Positions 25,901 through 34,088 of a stretch of DNA of 58,978 bases are shown piece after piece. Every line of letters begins with the position of its first letter. Positions within the stretch are counted from its first letter, which is position 1. The notes below the pieces were generated by a model that was not told the origin of the DNA, searched no databases, and worked only from the letters and a program-made list of their open reading frames with translations. Source of the stretch: Verrucomicrobiales bacterium. GTDB lineage: Bacteria; Verrucomicrobiota; Verrucomicrobiia; Limisphaerales; F1-12-MAGs170. The DNA is taken from NCBI GenBank assembly GCA_005777315.1, contig SXMN01000367.1, positions 1 to 58,978 on the forward strand. Reading direction: 5' to 3'. The position numbers were made by a program, and so were the translations under genes.

Positions 25901-26225
25901 TGAGGTCGTCCGCGTTGGTGGTTGTCAGCCGCCGGACCAGTTCGCTCTCCGCGCTGTTTCCTGGAATGATTGCCGGCTTGCCGTCCTTGATCCGAAACGC
26001 GCCTTCCTTCGTATCGAGCCGGAATTTTCCTTTGCGAGCCTTCTCGTCGGGGCCGTGACATTGGAAGCAGTTGTCCGAAAGAATAGGTCGGACTTCCCGA
26101 TTGAAATCAACCGCGCATCGCACCCATCCGATCGAGGAGTGCAGCGCCATCAACATCAGGCAGGACAGGATCGACCGGCGGTGCCGGGTCATTACTTTGC
26201 GCAGGTTCATGAATGGCTCCAGCAT
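22989..26225 (-). CDS. PSCyt1 (Planctomycete cytochrome c) / DUF1549 / LamG-like / DUF1553 (PSD1) protein
   Basis: 1078 aa. N-terminal signal, CFQCHGP haem-binding-type motif, and the typical DUF1549/DUF1553 regions of PVC genomes. Confidence 0.9.
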   Translation of the reverse strand: MLEPFMNLRKVMTRHRRSILSCLMLMALHSSIGWVRCAVDFNREVRPILSDNCFQCHGPDEKARKGKFRLDTKEGAFRIKDGKPAIIPGNSAESELVRRLTTTNADDLMPPTESDRKLTATQISTLRRWVEEGAKWETHWAFATPQRPQVPALRGKHSVRNPVDNFILERLEKEGVTPAPEARREVLLRRLTLDLTGLPPTQAELDAFLSDQASDAYERQVDRLLNSPRYGERMAVEWLDIARYADTHGYQMDRFRAVWPYRDWVIKAFNQNLPYDQFVTWQIAGDLLPNATKDQRLATAFNRLHCQNEEGGIVEEEYRVAYVVDRVNTFATAFLGLTTECSRCHDHKYDPLSMRDFYSLSSFFQNIDESGQTVYFGEVMPVPTMLLSTDEQDAQLARLREQISTKERQVPNLRSQAGTAFAQWLDTGRAASASTTPQRAPTIAELRGLVAYLSFDEIVTNKVTNLANATKPASTVESPKLVASRNGQAAELTGENGFTLPGVGHFTRTDAFSIGMWLRTPVHSPRFVVAHHSRAPVDAGSRGYELLLESGRVALGLHHAWPGNSLKVSTRQTLATNEWTHVAFAYDGSSRAAGVRIFINGRLADTEVIRDGLIKDITYESGEPDLAIGHRFRDSGFRGGVVDDFMVFNRALTLLEVTHIAGLPDYTQAWNTDPASLTAEQRDGLLDYFVANSYAPAQRFLENLQTLRREQSKLINPIPELMVMQEMAEPKPAFVLKRGAYDAPGDRVSANTPAVMPPFPTGQPTNRLGLARWLVAPENPLMARVTVNRAWQMMFGKGIVETPDNFGSQGATPTHPELLDWLAREFSDTGWDMKRLLKLIATSATYRQSSHASADLLARDPGNQSLARGPTRRLTAEMLRDQALAASSLLVERLGGPSVKPYQPEGLWEEIAMGRPRYGQGHGDDLHRRSLYTFWKRTVPHPAMMTFDSTERNTCAVRRQDTSTPLQALTLLNDTQFIEAARLLAERMFKEGGSSLEDQLAWAFRTVTSRRPAAREIAVLRKLYDDQRELFAADPSAAARLVTVGEAVNDPSIALENLAAGTVLAKAIMNHDEAIMRR

Positions 26226-26769
26226 AGCCGGAGGTGTGGAGCGCGCGCAATCCGCCGTTCACGGCCCGTATATGGCGGTGTTCTGGCCCGGATATTTCAT
26301 ACACTTTCTTCGCGAGACGCCGCGCGAGCGAGTCTTGCGAGGCCAATGCAGTCAGGCGAGCTCGCAGCAAGTTGCAGAAGGAAGGGCAAGAAATATCCAG
26401 GCCGGCTTTGACACGACAAGGGTGTCATTCAAACATGAGTGACACACAAGCCAAGCAGGCCGGCTGGTGAGCTTGGGAATGGAGGTGGACGGTCCGGTCG
26501 CTCGTTTGGTCTGGGTGGAAGTTGGTGGGAACGCATTTTTGTTGCTCACCAACCTTGAGAACACGTCCCAACTAACGAAACAGGCGTAGCATCGACCAAC
26601 TGAGCGGACCCGACTTTCCGCGACAGCCTGGAAGAATCCAACACCCAACCTGTAGTCTGTCGAATTCCGCGAACCACAATGGATAGCCTTCGGGGAGTGG
26701 TTTGAGATCCAAATGAGCCTTACCCCATCCCTTTCAAAAAGCTTGCATTTCGTGCGCTTGACTTTATCT

Positions 26770-26789
26770 CGTTCAATTCAAATTGAACG
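26770..26789 (+). promoter_or_regulatory. perfect 8-bp inverted repeat CGTTCAAT-tcaa-ATTGAACG, candidate operator
   Basis: Palindrome read directly. Lies ~180 nt upstream of the GbsR/MarR-like regulator and just downstream of a TTGACT hexamer (26758-26763). Confidence 0.25.
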
Positions 26790-26965
26790 TTCTAAACCCT
26801 CCCTCTTGGAGGTTCGTTGGTGGGCAAACCGCGAACTGACAGGCACGAAGTGCCTCCGCGTAAATCCAGACTCTGTCTTCCTACCGCTCATCGCGACTCG
26901 TCCAAGTGTCCAGTCAGGCTCACGCAGAGATTCGAGTTCCTTCATTGTCACGCACTCGTGTGGAG

Positions 26966-27424
26966 ATGATTGAGGCCGCCGCTCGCTTGTGTCAGTTGAT
27001 CGCCTTACCCAGATCAACCGGACAAATCTACGGTTTGCTTTACCTGTCGCCGTCAGCGTTGTCGCTCGATGACATGGTTGAGTTGCTCAGGATCAGCAAA
27101 GCCAGCGCGAGTACCGCCACAAGACAACTCGCATCATTGCGCGCGATCCGTCAGGTATGGGTTCAAGGAGATCGACGCGATTACTTCGAAGCCGAACCAG
27201 ATATCAGCGCCCTCCTCCGCATTGGTTACACCGAATTCCTCCAGCCGCGCCTGAAATCTTCCCGTACGCGGCTCGAACGGATGTCGGGGGCGCTAAACGA
27301 TGATCTCGCCCGGGGGAGGATTTCAGAAGCAGATCATAAGCTCTGCTCCGAACGTTTGAAAAACATCTCAGCCCTGGAGCAAAAGTTCCAAGCGCTGGCC
27401 CCATTGGCTGAGAAGTTTCTTTGA
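26966..27424 (+). CDS. GbsR/MarR-family winged-helix transcriptional regulator
   Basis: LPRSTGQIYGLLYLSPSALSLDDMVELLRISKASASTATRQLASLRAI is GbsR/MarR-like. Start placed at ATG 26966 inside track ORF 26906-27424. Confidence 0.75.
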   Translation: MIEAAARLCQLIALPRSTGQIYGLLYLSPSALSLDDMVELLRISKASASTATRQLASLRAIRQVWVQGDRRDYFEAEPDISALLRIGYTEFLQPRLKSSRTRLERMSGALNDDLARGRISEADHKLCSERLKNISALEQKFQALAPLAEKFL

Positions 27425-28062
27425 ATTTCGAGCCCCTCCCTCGCACAGCTCCGATGAGCATTCACTGGCAATGGCTGACCGCAGCATGTGCACTGCTCCT
27501 GCCGCCTCCGTTCCTGTCTGGCGCACTGAGGAGAAATGTCATCAGTTCCAGACGAAATTCAAACCTCACCATGGAGTCGCTCGTCCAGCCTTGGCAAAAC
27601 TGGTTCGACCTCTTTCGTGGCGCTCTCGGGACGCTGATCCTTGTTGAACTGGCCATGGTCAAAGATCCAACGCGGCCCGATGGAACCAGAGTCGTCCTTG
27701 CCTGTGCCGCCATGGTTGCCGTGGCTTTGCTTGTGCAGGTAATCCGCCTGAATCTCGCGTCGGGGCGCGCTGAACAGCGCTATCAGTTCATCTCGCCGCT
27801 GTTTTATCTCTCAGGTGTCACGTTGTTTTTTGGCGGTTTCGTCACCGGCGCATTCGCAGTTGCCGTCGGCTGGATGCTTGGAGGCGCTTCTAAAAATTTG
27901 AACTACATCCTGCCGGCAATGGGGCTTGCATTACTCGGCGCGGGATACGCCTTCGAATTCGGGCTCCCCCTGATCTTCAATATCGTCCTGCTTCTGCTGC
28001 CCTTCGCACCCGCGTTCGTCTTCAGGAAACGGATGGTTCATGTGGGGGCAAGCGCATATTGA
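27421..28062 (+). CDS. membrane protein, unknown function
   Basis: 213-aa ORF with several hydrophobic segments. TTG start overlaps the regulator stop; alternative ATG at 27454. Confidence 0.55.
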   Translation: MNFEPLPRTAPMSIHWQWLTAACALLLPPPFLSGALRRNVISSRRNSNLTMESLVQPWQNWFDLFRGALGTLILVELAMVKDPTRPDGTRVVLACAAMVAVALLVQVIRLNLASGRAEQRYQFISPLFYLSGVTLFFGGFVTGAFAVAVGWMLGGASKNLNYILPAMGLALLGAGYAFEFGLPLIFNIVLLLLPFAPAFVFRKRMVHVGASAY

Positions 28063-28103
28063 ATCACGGGCTTGCGAATCTCCTCACGACAGCATTCCTC
28101 TGA

Positions 28104-29195
28104 ATGACCGCTTACGACCAGCTTCGATCAGAACTCCCCAAAAGTCCCCGGACCTGGTTGGTCACGGGCGTGGGTGGATTCATCGGTTCGAATCTGCTTG
28201 AAGCTTTGCTGAAGCTCGACCAGCGCGTCATCGGTTTGGACAATTTCGCCACTGGTCATCGCGCAAATCTCGATGAAGTCCGGGCAATTGTCTCGGTGGA
28301 TCAATGGCGGCGATTTCATTTTATTGAGGGCGATATTCGGAACTTGGCGACATGCCAGGCGGCCTCGAAGGACGCCGACTATGTGCTTCATCAAGCGGCT
28401 TTGGGCTCCGTCCCGCGTTCTATCGAGGATCCGATACTATCCAACGAAGCAAACGTTACCGGTTCCTTGAACATGCTGATCGCCGCGCGGGATAATTGCG
28501 TAAATCGGTTTGTTTATGCCGCAAGCAGCTCTACTTACGGCGATCATCCTGCTTTGCCAAAGGTCGAGGATCAAATTGGCCGACCGCTTTCTCCTTACGC
28601 GGTGACAAAGTACGTCAACGAACTGTACGCGGACGTCTTTGGGCGCTGCTACGGTGTGCAGTCGATTGGACTGCGCTACTTCAATGTCTTCGGGCCGCGT
28701 CAGGATCCTGACGGACCTTACGCTGCCGTGATTCCCAAATGGGTTGCGGCCATGATCAAGAATGAGCCTTGTAACATCAACGGCGACGGCGAGACGAGCC
28801 GAGACTTCTGCTTTGTGCAGAATGTGGTGCTAGCCAATCTCCTCGCGGCGACGACTCGGAATCCGGAAGCGGTGGGGCAGGTTTACAATGTGGCTGTCCA
28901 GACCCGGACCACATTGAACCAGTTGTTTTCCATGATTCGCGAGCGGCTCCTGCCGGAGTTTCCTCACTTGGGCGATTCCAAACCCCAATACCGTGCTTTC
29001 CGCGACGGTGATGTCCGACATTCGGAGGCCAACATCTCCAAGGCCCGGGAACTCCTCGGTTATAGCCCGACCCACACGGTCGAAACGGGACTCTCCGAGG
29101 CTCTGGCATGGTACAAGAAACAACCTTGGAGTGGTACGGGAATATCTACATCCAAATCCAGTGACAGCTCCCAGCCCGTTCTCCTTGCAACCTGA
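28104..29195 (+). CDS. wbpP: UDP-N-acetylglucosamine (uronate) C4-epimerase, WbpP/TviC type SDR
   Basis: Matches my recall of WbpP/TviC along its length ([35 protein letters not shown]...[18 protein letters not shown]...[11 protein letters not shown]). About 25-aa Ser-rich C-terminal tail. Confidence 0.9.
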   Translation: MTAYDQLRSELPKSPRTWLVTGVGGFIGSNLLEALLKLDQRVIGLDNFATGHRANLDEVRAIVSVDQWRRFHFIEGDIRNLATCQAASKDADYVLHQAALGSVPRSIEDPILSNEANVTGSLNMLIAARDNCVNRFVYAASSSTYGDHPALPKVEDQIGRPLSPYAVTKYVNELYADVFGRCYGVQSIGLRYFNVFGPRQDPDGPYAAVIPKWVAAMIKNEPCNINGDGETSRDFCFVQNVVLANLLAATTRNPEAVGQVYNVAVQTRTTLNQLFSMIRERLLPEFPHLGDSKPQYRAFRDGDVRHSEANISKARELLGYSPTHTVETGLSEALAWYKKQPWSGTGISTSKSSDSSQPVLLAT

Positions 29196-29204
29196 ATCCG
29201 ATCC

Positions 29205-30398
29205 ATGGCTGTTCCACTTCTCGATCTTAAGGCTCAGCACGCACCGCTGGAACGTGCGCTCAAAGATGCTTTCGAACGAGTGCTTCGATCTGGGCAGTAT
29301 ATCCTGGGTCCGGAAATCGAGAATTTTGAAAGAAGCCTTGCCGAGTACGTCGGTGCGCGCCACGCAATTTCCGTTTCGTCCGGGACCGATGCGATTTTGC
29401 TCGCTCTGATGGTTTTGGGAATCGGTCCCGGCGATGAAGTCATTTGCCCTTCATTCACCTTCTTTGCCACAGCCGGTTGCGTAGCCCGCACGGGTGCTAC
29501 TCCTGTTTTCGCCGACTCCTGTCCCGTGTGCTTCAACATTGATCCGGATGATATTGTCGCAAGGATCACTCCAAGAACGAAGGCCATCATTCCGGTGCAT
29601 CTTTTCGGACAACCTGCGGCGATGGATCGAATTCTGGAAACTGCCAAACGACACAACTTGCGCGTCATCGAGGATGCGGCTCAGTCACTGGGGGCGAAAT
29701 TCCGGGGGCAATCGGCCGGCACTATGGGGGCGTTTGGGATTTTCAGTTTTTTTCCTTCAAAGAACCTGGGATGCCTCGGCGACGGTGGCTTGCTCGTGAC
29801 GAACGATGATTCGCTGGCTGAACGAGCGCGTTTGCTGAGAACACATGGTGCGAAGCCGAAGTACTACCATAATTATATCGGAGCGAATTTTCGCATGGAC
29901 GCACTGCAGGCGGCCCTGCTCGCTGTGAAGCTCCCACTCCTTGCTTCTTATGCAAAATCACGGGCTGCGAATGCCAGCTTCTATGCAGATCGGTTAAGCA
30001 AAATCCCCGGAGTCCTCCTTGGACAGCCGGACAATCAATGCTGCGCGGTCTCGAAAACGTCAGGTGATGGAAGTTCCTCAAACTTTCAAATCTCTCTCCC
30101 CTTGGAGATTCCAGGACGCCATCACGTATGGAACCAATACACTTTGCGTGTGACCGGTGGCCGGCGTGATGCACTGCGTGATTGGCTGACCAGCCGGGAA
30201 ATCGGGTCCGAAATCTATTACCCTGTGCCGATGCACCAGCAGGAATGCTTCGCGGCGTGTGTTCCCCCAACATTGAGGCTGCCTGTGGCCGAGCGCCTGG
30301 CAGGAGAGAGCCTGAGCATTCCCGTCTTTCCTGAACTGACCGGAGATCAAAAAGAAGAAGTCACTTCCGCCATCAGCAAATTCATCTGCAACCAATGA
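29205..30398 (+). CDS. DegT/DnrJ/EryC1/StrS family sugar aminotransferase (PLP)
   Basis: 397 aa. YILGPEIENFE..., SSGTDAILLAL, and the PLP-Lys region FSFFPSKNLGCLGDGG. Carries a ~40-aa insertion near residues 270-310. Confidence 0.9.
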   Translation: MAVPLLDLKAQHAPLERALKDAFERVLRSGQYILGPEIENFERSLAEYVGARHAISVSSGTDAILLALMVLGIGPGDEVICPSFTFFATAGCVARTGATPVFADSCPVCFNIDPDDIVARITPRTKAIIPVHLFGQPAAMDRILETAKRHNLRVIEDAAQSLGAKFRGQSAGTMGAFGIFSFFPSKNLGCLGDGGLLVTNDDSLAERARLLRTHGAKPKYYHNYIGANFRMDALQAALLAVKLPLLASYAKSRAANASFYADRLSKIPGVLLGQPDNQCCAVSKTSGDGSSSNFQISLPLEIPGRHHVWNQYTLRVTGGRRDALRDWLTSREIGSEIYYPVPMHQQECFAACVPPTLRLPVAERLAGESLSIPVFPELTGDQKEEVTSAISKFICNQ

Positions 30399-30417
30399 TG
30401 CCCGGCAACATCCAACC

Positions 30418-31710
30418 ATGAGTATGAAAATCGCCATTGTCGGCCTCGGATATGTAGGCCTTCCGCTGTCACTTCAATTCGCCCGCTCGGGCGTGTCCGT
30501 CCTTGGACTGGACATTGATCCGCCGAAAATTGCGGCGATCAACGGGGGGCAGAGTTACATCAAGCACATCGAGAGCGCTTCAATCAAAGAACAGATCGAC
30601 GCCAGACGCTTCGAAGCCTCGACCGATTTCAGCCGGGTCAAAGAAGTTCAGGCCGTGATCATCTGTGTGCCTACTCCGCTCAACAAGAATCGCGAGCCGG
30701 ACATTTCCTACATCCTTGATACTGGCCGCGCCATCGCACCTCATCTGCACAAGGGTATTCTGGTCGTGCTGGAATCCACCACCTACCCAGGCACCACCGA
30801 CGAGGATTTGAAGAAGGTTCTTGAACAAGGCTCGAAGCTCAAAGCGGGAACCGACTTCCATCTCGCCTTCTCACCTGAACGCGAAGACCCTGGCAATCCG
30901 AACAGCAAAGTCGCCATCATTCCCAAAGTGGTCGGCGGCTACACGCCTGCTTGTTTGGAAAAAGCCAAGGCACTTTATTCCCTGTCCATCAAGACTGTCG
31001 TGCCGGTCTCGTCCTGCCGCGCGGCTGAAGCCACCAAACTCCTCGAAAACATTTTTCGCAGTGTCAACATCGCACTGGTCAACGAACTGAAAGTCGTTTA
31101 CGCCGCAATGGGCATTGATGTTTGGGAAGTGATCAATGCGGCCAAGACCAAGCCCTTCGGTTTCATGGCATTCTACCCAGGCCCAGGCCTTGGCGGACAC
31201 TGCATCCCCATCGATCCCTTTTACCTGACTTGGAAAGCTCGCGAGTATGGCCAGAACACCCGGTTCATCGAACTGGCCGGGGAGGTGAACACTTCCATGC
31301 CTCACTATGTCGTTGAACAGGTCGGTGAAGCACTCAACTCGCACAAAAAACCGATTAACGGATCCAGAATCCTCCTCGTTGGTCTCGCCTATAAGCCAAA
31401 CGTCGATGACGACCGCGAGAGCCCGAGCTACCACCTCCTTGACATGCTGAAGCAAAGAGGAGCAGAAGTTTCCTATTACGACCCGTACGTCCCCGTCATC
31501 CGCCCGACACGCGAGCACCCGCACTGGGCTGGAACAAAATCTGTCGAATGGAACAAGGAAACCGTCTCCAAATACGATGCTGTCCTGGTCGCGACTGCAC
31601 ATGCATCGGTTGATCACACCCAATTGCTCGATTGGTCGCCCTGCATCATCGACACGCGCAACTCCGTCCCGCAGTCCAACGCATGCAAGAATCAACTGTG
31701 GCGTGCGTGA
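30418..31710 (+). CDS. nucleotide-sugar 6-dehydrogenase, UDP-GlcNAc/GalNAc dehydrogenase type (WbpA/WbpO/TviB-like)
   Basis: 430 aa. IAIVGLGYVGLPL Rossmann motif and catalytic-Cys region GPGLGGHCIPIDPFYL. Confidence 0.9.
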   Translation: MSMKIAIVGLGYVGLPLSLQFARSGVSVLGLDIDPPKIAAINGGQSYIKHIESASIKEQIDARRFEASTDFSRVKEVQAVIICVPTPLNKNREPDISYILDTGRAIAPHLHKGILVVLESTTYPGTTDEDLKKVLEQGSKLKAGTDFHLAFSPEREDPGNPNSKVAIIPKVVGGYTPACLEKAKALYSLSIKTVVPVSSCRAAEATKLLENIFRSVNIALVNELKVVYAAMGIDVWEVINAAKTKPFGFMAFYPGPGLGGHCIPIDPFYLTWKAREYGQNTRFIELAGEVNTSMPHYVVEQVGEALNSHKKPINGSRILLVGLAYKPNVDDDRESPSYHLLDMLKQRGAEVSYYDPYVPVIRPTREHPHWAGTKSVEWNKETVSKYDAVLVATAHASVDHTQLLDWSPCIIDTRNSVPQSNACKNQLWRA

Positions 31711-32012
31711 GACTTGAGAGCTGGCAGTTGAACCCAATCTCTGGAGCGAATCAGCCATCCGCCCTTTCCTGTTCTGGCTTCGTGCCTGGGCGTCTTTGCG
31801 CGAGTCCTGCGCTATCAAGCTGCATCCCAACTCAAGAGGCTGGCAACCATTTTGCGCCGATTTTATGAAAAACCTGGCGGCACCGGAGAAATTCCAGAGG
31901 AATTACCTGCCTGAGTGGCGGGTGACATTGAGATCCCGCCGTTCGCGAGAGACCGAAGGATCGTCTCCTCTCCAGTAAACGCCGCTGTAGTGAAGATTGA
32001 ATAGCTCTGCCC

Positions 32013-33128
32013 GTGATTCCTGCGCGCGAAAGCCAATATGTCGAGTTCAAGCTCGAATCTGTCCATGCCGCGGATATGGCTGAGGAACTGGTCGCATTAG
32101 CCAATGCGGAAGGTGGAGAAATATGGCTTGGCGTGGATGATGCCGGTGTTGCACGGGGTTTGAGCCGTTCCTACGAGGAAGATGTGATGAACATCAGTCG
32201 GACCGCTTGCATCCCGCCGATCCGGCCCGTTTACGAGGCACTTACGGTGAACGGGCTCCCCATCGCGCGGATCAGTGTTCCGAAAGGACCGGACCGTCCC
32301 TATTATACCTCGCGGAACCGTTATTACATCCGCGTGGGCTCCACCAAACGCATCGCCTCCTGCGAAGAGTTGGTGCGCCTTTTCCAGGCGTCCGGCTTGT
32401 TCCATTACGATCTCGTGGAACTTGGCACCGCCGTGCGCGAGCAACTGAACTTTTCTGAACTGGCTGACTATTTCAGACAATATGAAGTTTCTTTTGAGCG
32501 CGAAAGTGAGGACGAGAAGACACGACTTCTCCGCGCAAGTGACATCCTCGGACCTGCCGGGCATCCAACTGTTGGAGGGCTGCTCATGTTTGGGATCTCG
32601 CCAGAGCGAAGCTTGCCCCAGGCGGGCGTTCATTTCGCCCATTTCGCCGGGCATGAATTGAGTGCCGAATTGAGGGACAAGAAGGAATTTGGCGGCAGCC
32701 TGCCGCGGCAGGTGGATAATGCCATGTCTGAGATCAAAGCAAATCTGCCACTGGCTTCCACCATTGAAGGAGCGCGGCGGAAAAATGCCACCTTCTATCC
32801 TGACAAGGTTTTTCGCGAGCTGCTGGTGAATGCCTGCGTCCATCGCAACTACAGCATCATCGGATCACAAATCCGGGTTCTTCTCTTCCCGGACCGGTGC
32901 GAATTTATCAGCCCTGGCAGGCTGCCCAACACCGTCAGCATTGAGAAGCTCGCCGTGGGCACCAGTTACGCCCGCAACCCGCTTTTGGTCCGGTTCATGG
33001 AAAATCTCGGTTATATGGACAAACTTGGGCGCGGCTTGCCCATGGTAGTGCGCGAAGCGGGGAAGCTCGGTCAAACGGTGCATTTCGAGGAATCGGGCGA
33101 GGAATTCAGGGTAACATTGAGCTTCTAA
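32013..33128 (+). CDS. AlbA_2 (Schlafen-like 'divergent AAA') + HATPase_c_4 ATP-binding protein
   Basis: 371 aa. ESQYVEFKLE...LVALANAEGGEIWLGVDD (AlbA_2) and VFRELLVNACVHRNY...GRLPN (GHKL-like ATPase). GTG start. No obvious C-terminal wHTH. Confidence 0.85.
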   Translation: MIPARESQYVEFKLESVHAADMAEELVALANAEGGEIWLGVDDAGVARGLSRSYEEDVMNISRTACIPPIRPVYEALTVNGLPIARISVPKGPDRPYYTSRNRYYIRVGSTKRIASCEELVRLFQASGLFHYDLVELGTAVREQLNFSELADYFRQYEVSFERESEDEKTRLLRASDILGPAGHPTVGGLLMFGISPERSLPQAGVHFAHFAGHELSAELRDKKEFGGSLPRQVDNAMSEIKANLPLASTIEGARRKNATFYPDKVFRELLVNACVHRNYSIIGSQIRVLLFPDRCEFISPGRLPNTVSIEKLAVGTSYARNPLLVRFMENLGYMDKLGRGLPMVVREAGKLGQTVHFEESGEEFRVTLSF

Positions 33129-33134
33129 GAACCG

Positions 33135-33434
33135 ATGAATTTCCGTGAATTACCAGACACAGTACAGCAAGCTGTTCGCTTTTTAGCTCAAGCGGCAAGA
33201 GAGGATGGGGTGAAGCTGTTCGTATTTGGCTCGTTCGCGCGTGGCGATGCCCGTCCGAATTCCGATCTGGATCTCGGCTACGAGCTTCCTCCCGGTAGTC
33301 ACCCTCTGGCAGAGACTCGTTTGCACAAAGCCGTTGATCAATTGCCTACCATTAGGCCAGTGGACTTGGTGGATTTTGGACAGGTTTCTGATGCTTTCAG
33401 GGACCTGGCGGGAAAGGCGGTTATTGATTTATGA
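33135..33434 (+). CDS. MNT-type nucleotidyltransferase (antitoxin-like)
   Basis: 99 aa. FGSFARGDARPNSDLDLG is the minimal NTase motif. 6-nt gap from the upstream gene and 4-nt overlap with the downstream gene. Confidence 0.85.
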   Translation: MNFRELPDTVQQAVRFLAQAAREDGVKLFVFGSFARGDARPNSDLDLGYELPPGSHPLAETRLHKAVDQLPTIRPVDLVDFGQVSDAFRDLAGKAVIDL

Positions 33435-33813
33435 CCGTCCTCCCAGAGCAAAAGCTGAAGGATCTAGCGCGGATCATTTGTCGGCTACGCGAATCCTTGG
33501 CGTTACCTCCCGATTCCGTGGCTCGCGATTCCGCCATCCTTCGCTTTGAACTGGCTTTTGAAGTAGGTTGCAAAACGGTGCAGCAGTTTGCGCGAGAGCA
33601 AGGTTTCGAGGTCAACAGCCCACGGCAAGCTTTCGAGCGGGCGTTCTCCTGGGCTGGATCACCGATGAAGTCCTGTGGGAAAAGATGATTGCCACGCGAA
33701 ACACGGCGGTTCACGTCTATCACGAAGAACTGGCCGACAGGCTTCATGGTGCATTGCCCGGATTTCTCAAGGGATTCGAGGAACTCCATCGAAGCCTTGG
33801 AAAGCTGCATTAA
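33431..33813 (+). pseudogene. HEPN-type nucleotidyltransferase substrate-binding protein (HI0074/HepT-like), frameshifted
   Basis: The N-terminal part is in the frame of ORF 33431-33688. The C-terminal part, with the RNTAVH (Rx4H) HEPN motif, is in the frame of ORF 33568-33813. The frames switch at about 33635-33650. Confidence 0.7.
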
Positions 33814-34088
33814 CACAACGGCAGTAGCGCGGCGCTGCCGCTGAGGTTCCGGGGCACTATTCAGTCGCAATGAGGGAGAGTTTGTGTTTCGCCCGCGCTT
33901 GGTGAGCGTCCCGCTGACCACCTGTCAGCTCCGGAAACTCACTATCTGGTGACTGGTCATGACGTGCTCAATTCTCGGCACGAGGCCGAGAACTACAATC
34001 GAGACGGCAGCACTCCCCATTTCAATTGCATAATCACAACCAAGAAACCACAGAACGACTCGCCAATAGACCAACCAACCATACCCTG

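Noticed and set aside
23403-26411. 372-aa and 263-aa plus-strand ORFs
   Set aside because: Both lie inside the 1078-aa PSCyt/DUF1553 gene on the opposite strand and have no motifs.
26352-26648. 98-aa minus-strand ORF in the PSCyt/regulator intergenic region
   Set aside because: No family resemblance, an odd composition, and it would start inside a long leader. Treated as non-coding.
30871-31830. 319-aa minus-strand ORF
   Set aside because: Antisense to the nucleotide-sugar dehydrogenase, which has clear Rossmann and catalytic-Cys motifs.
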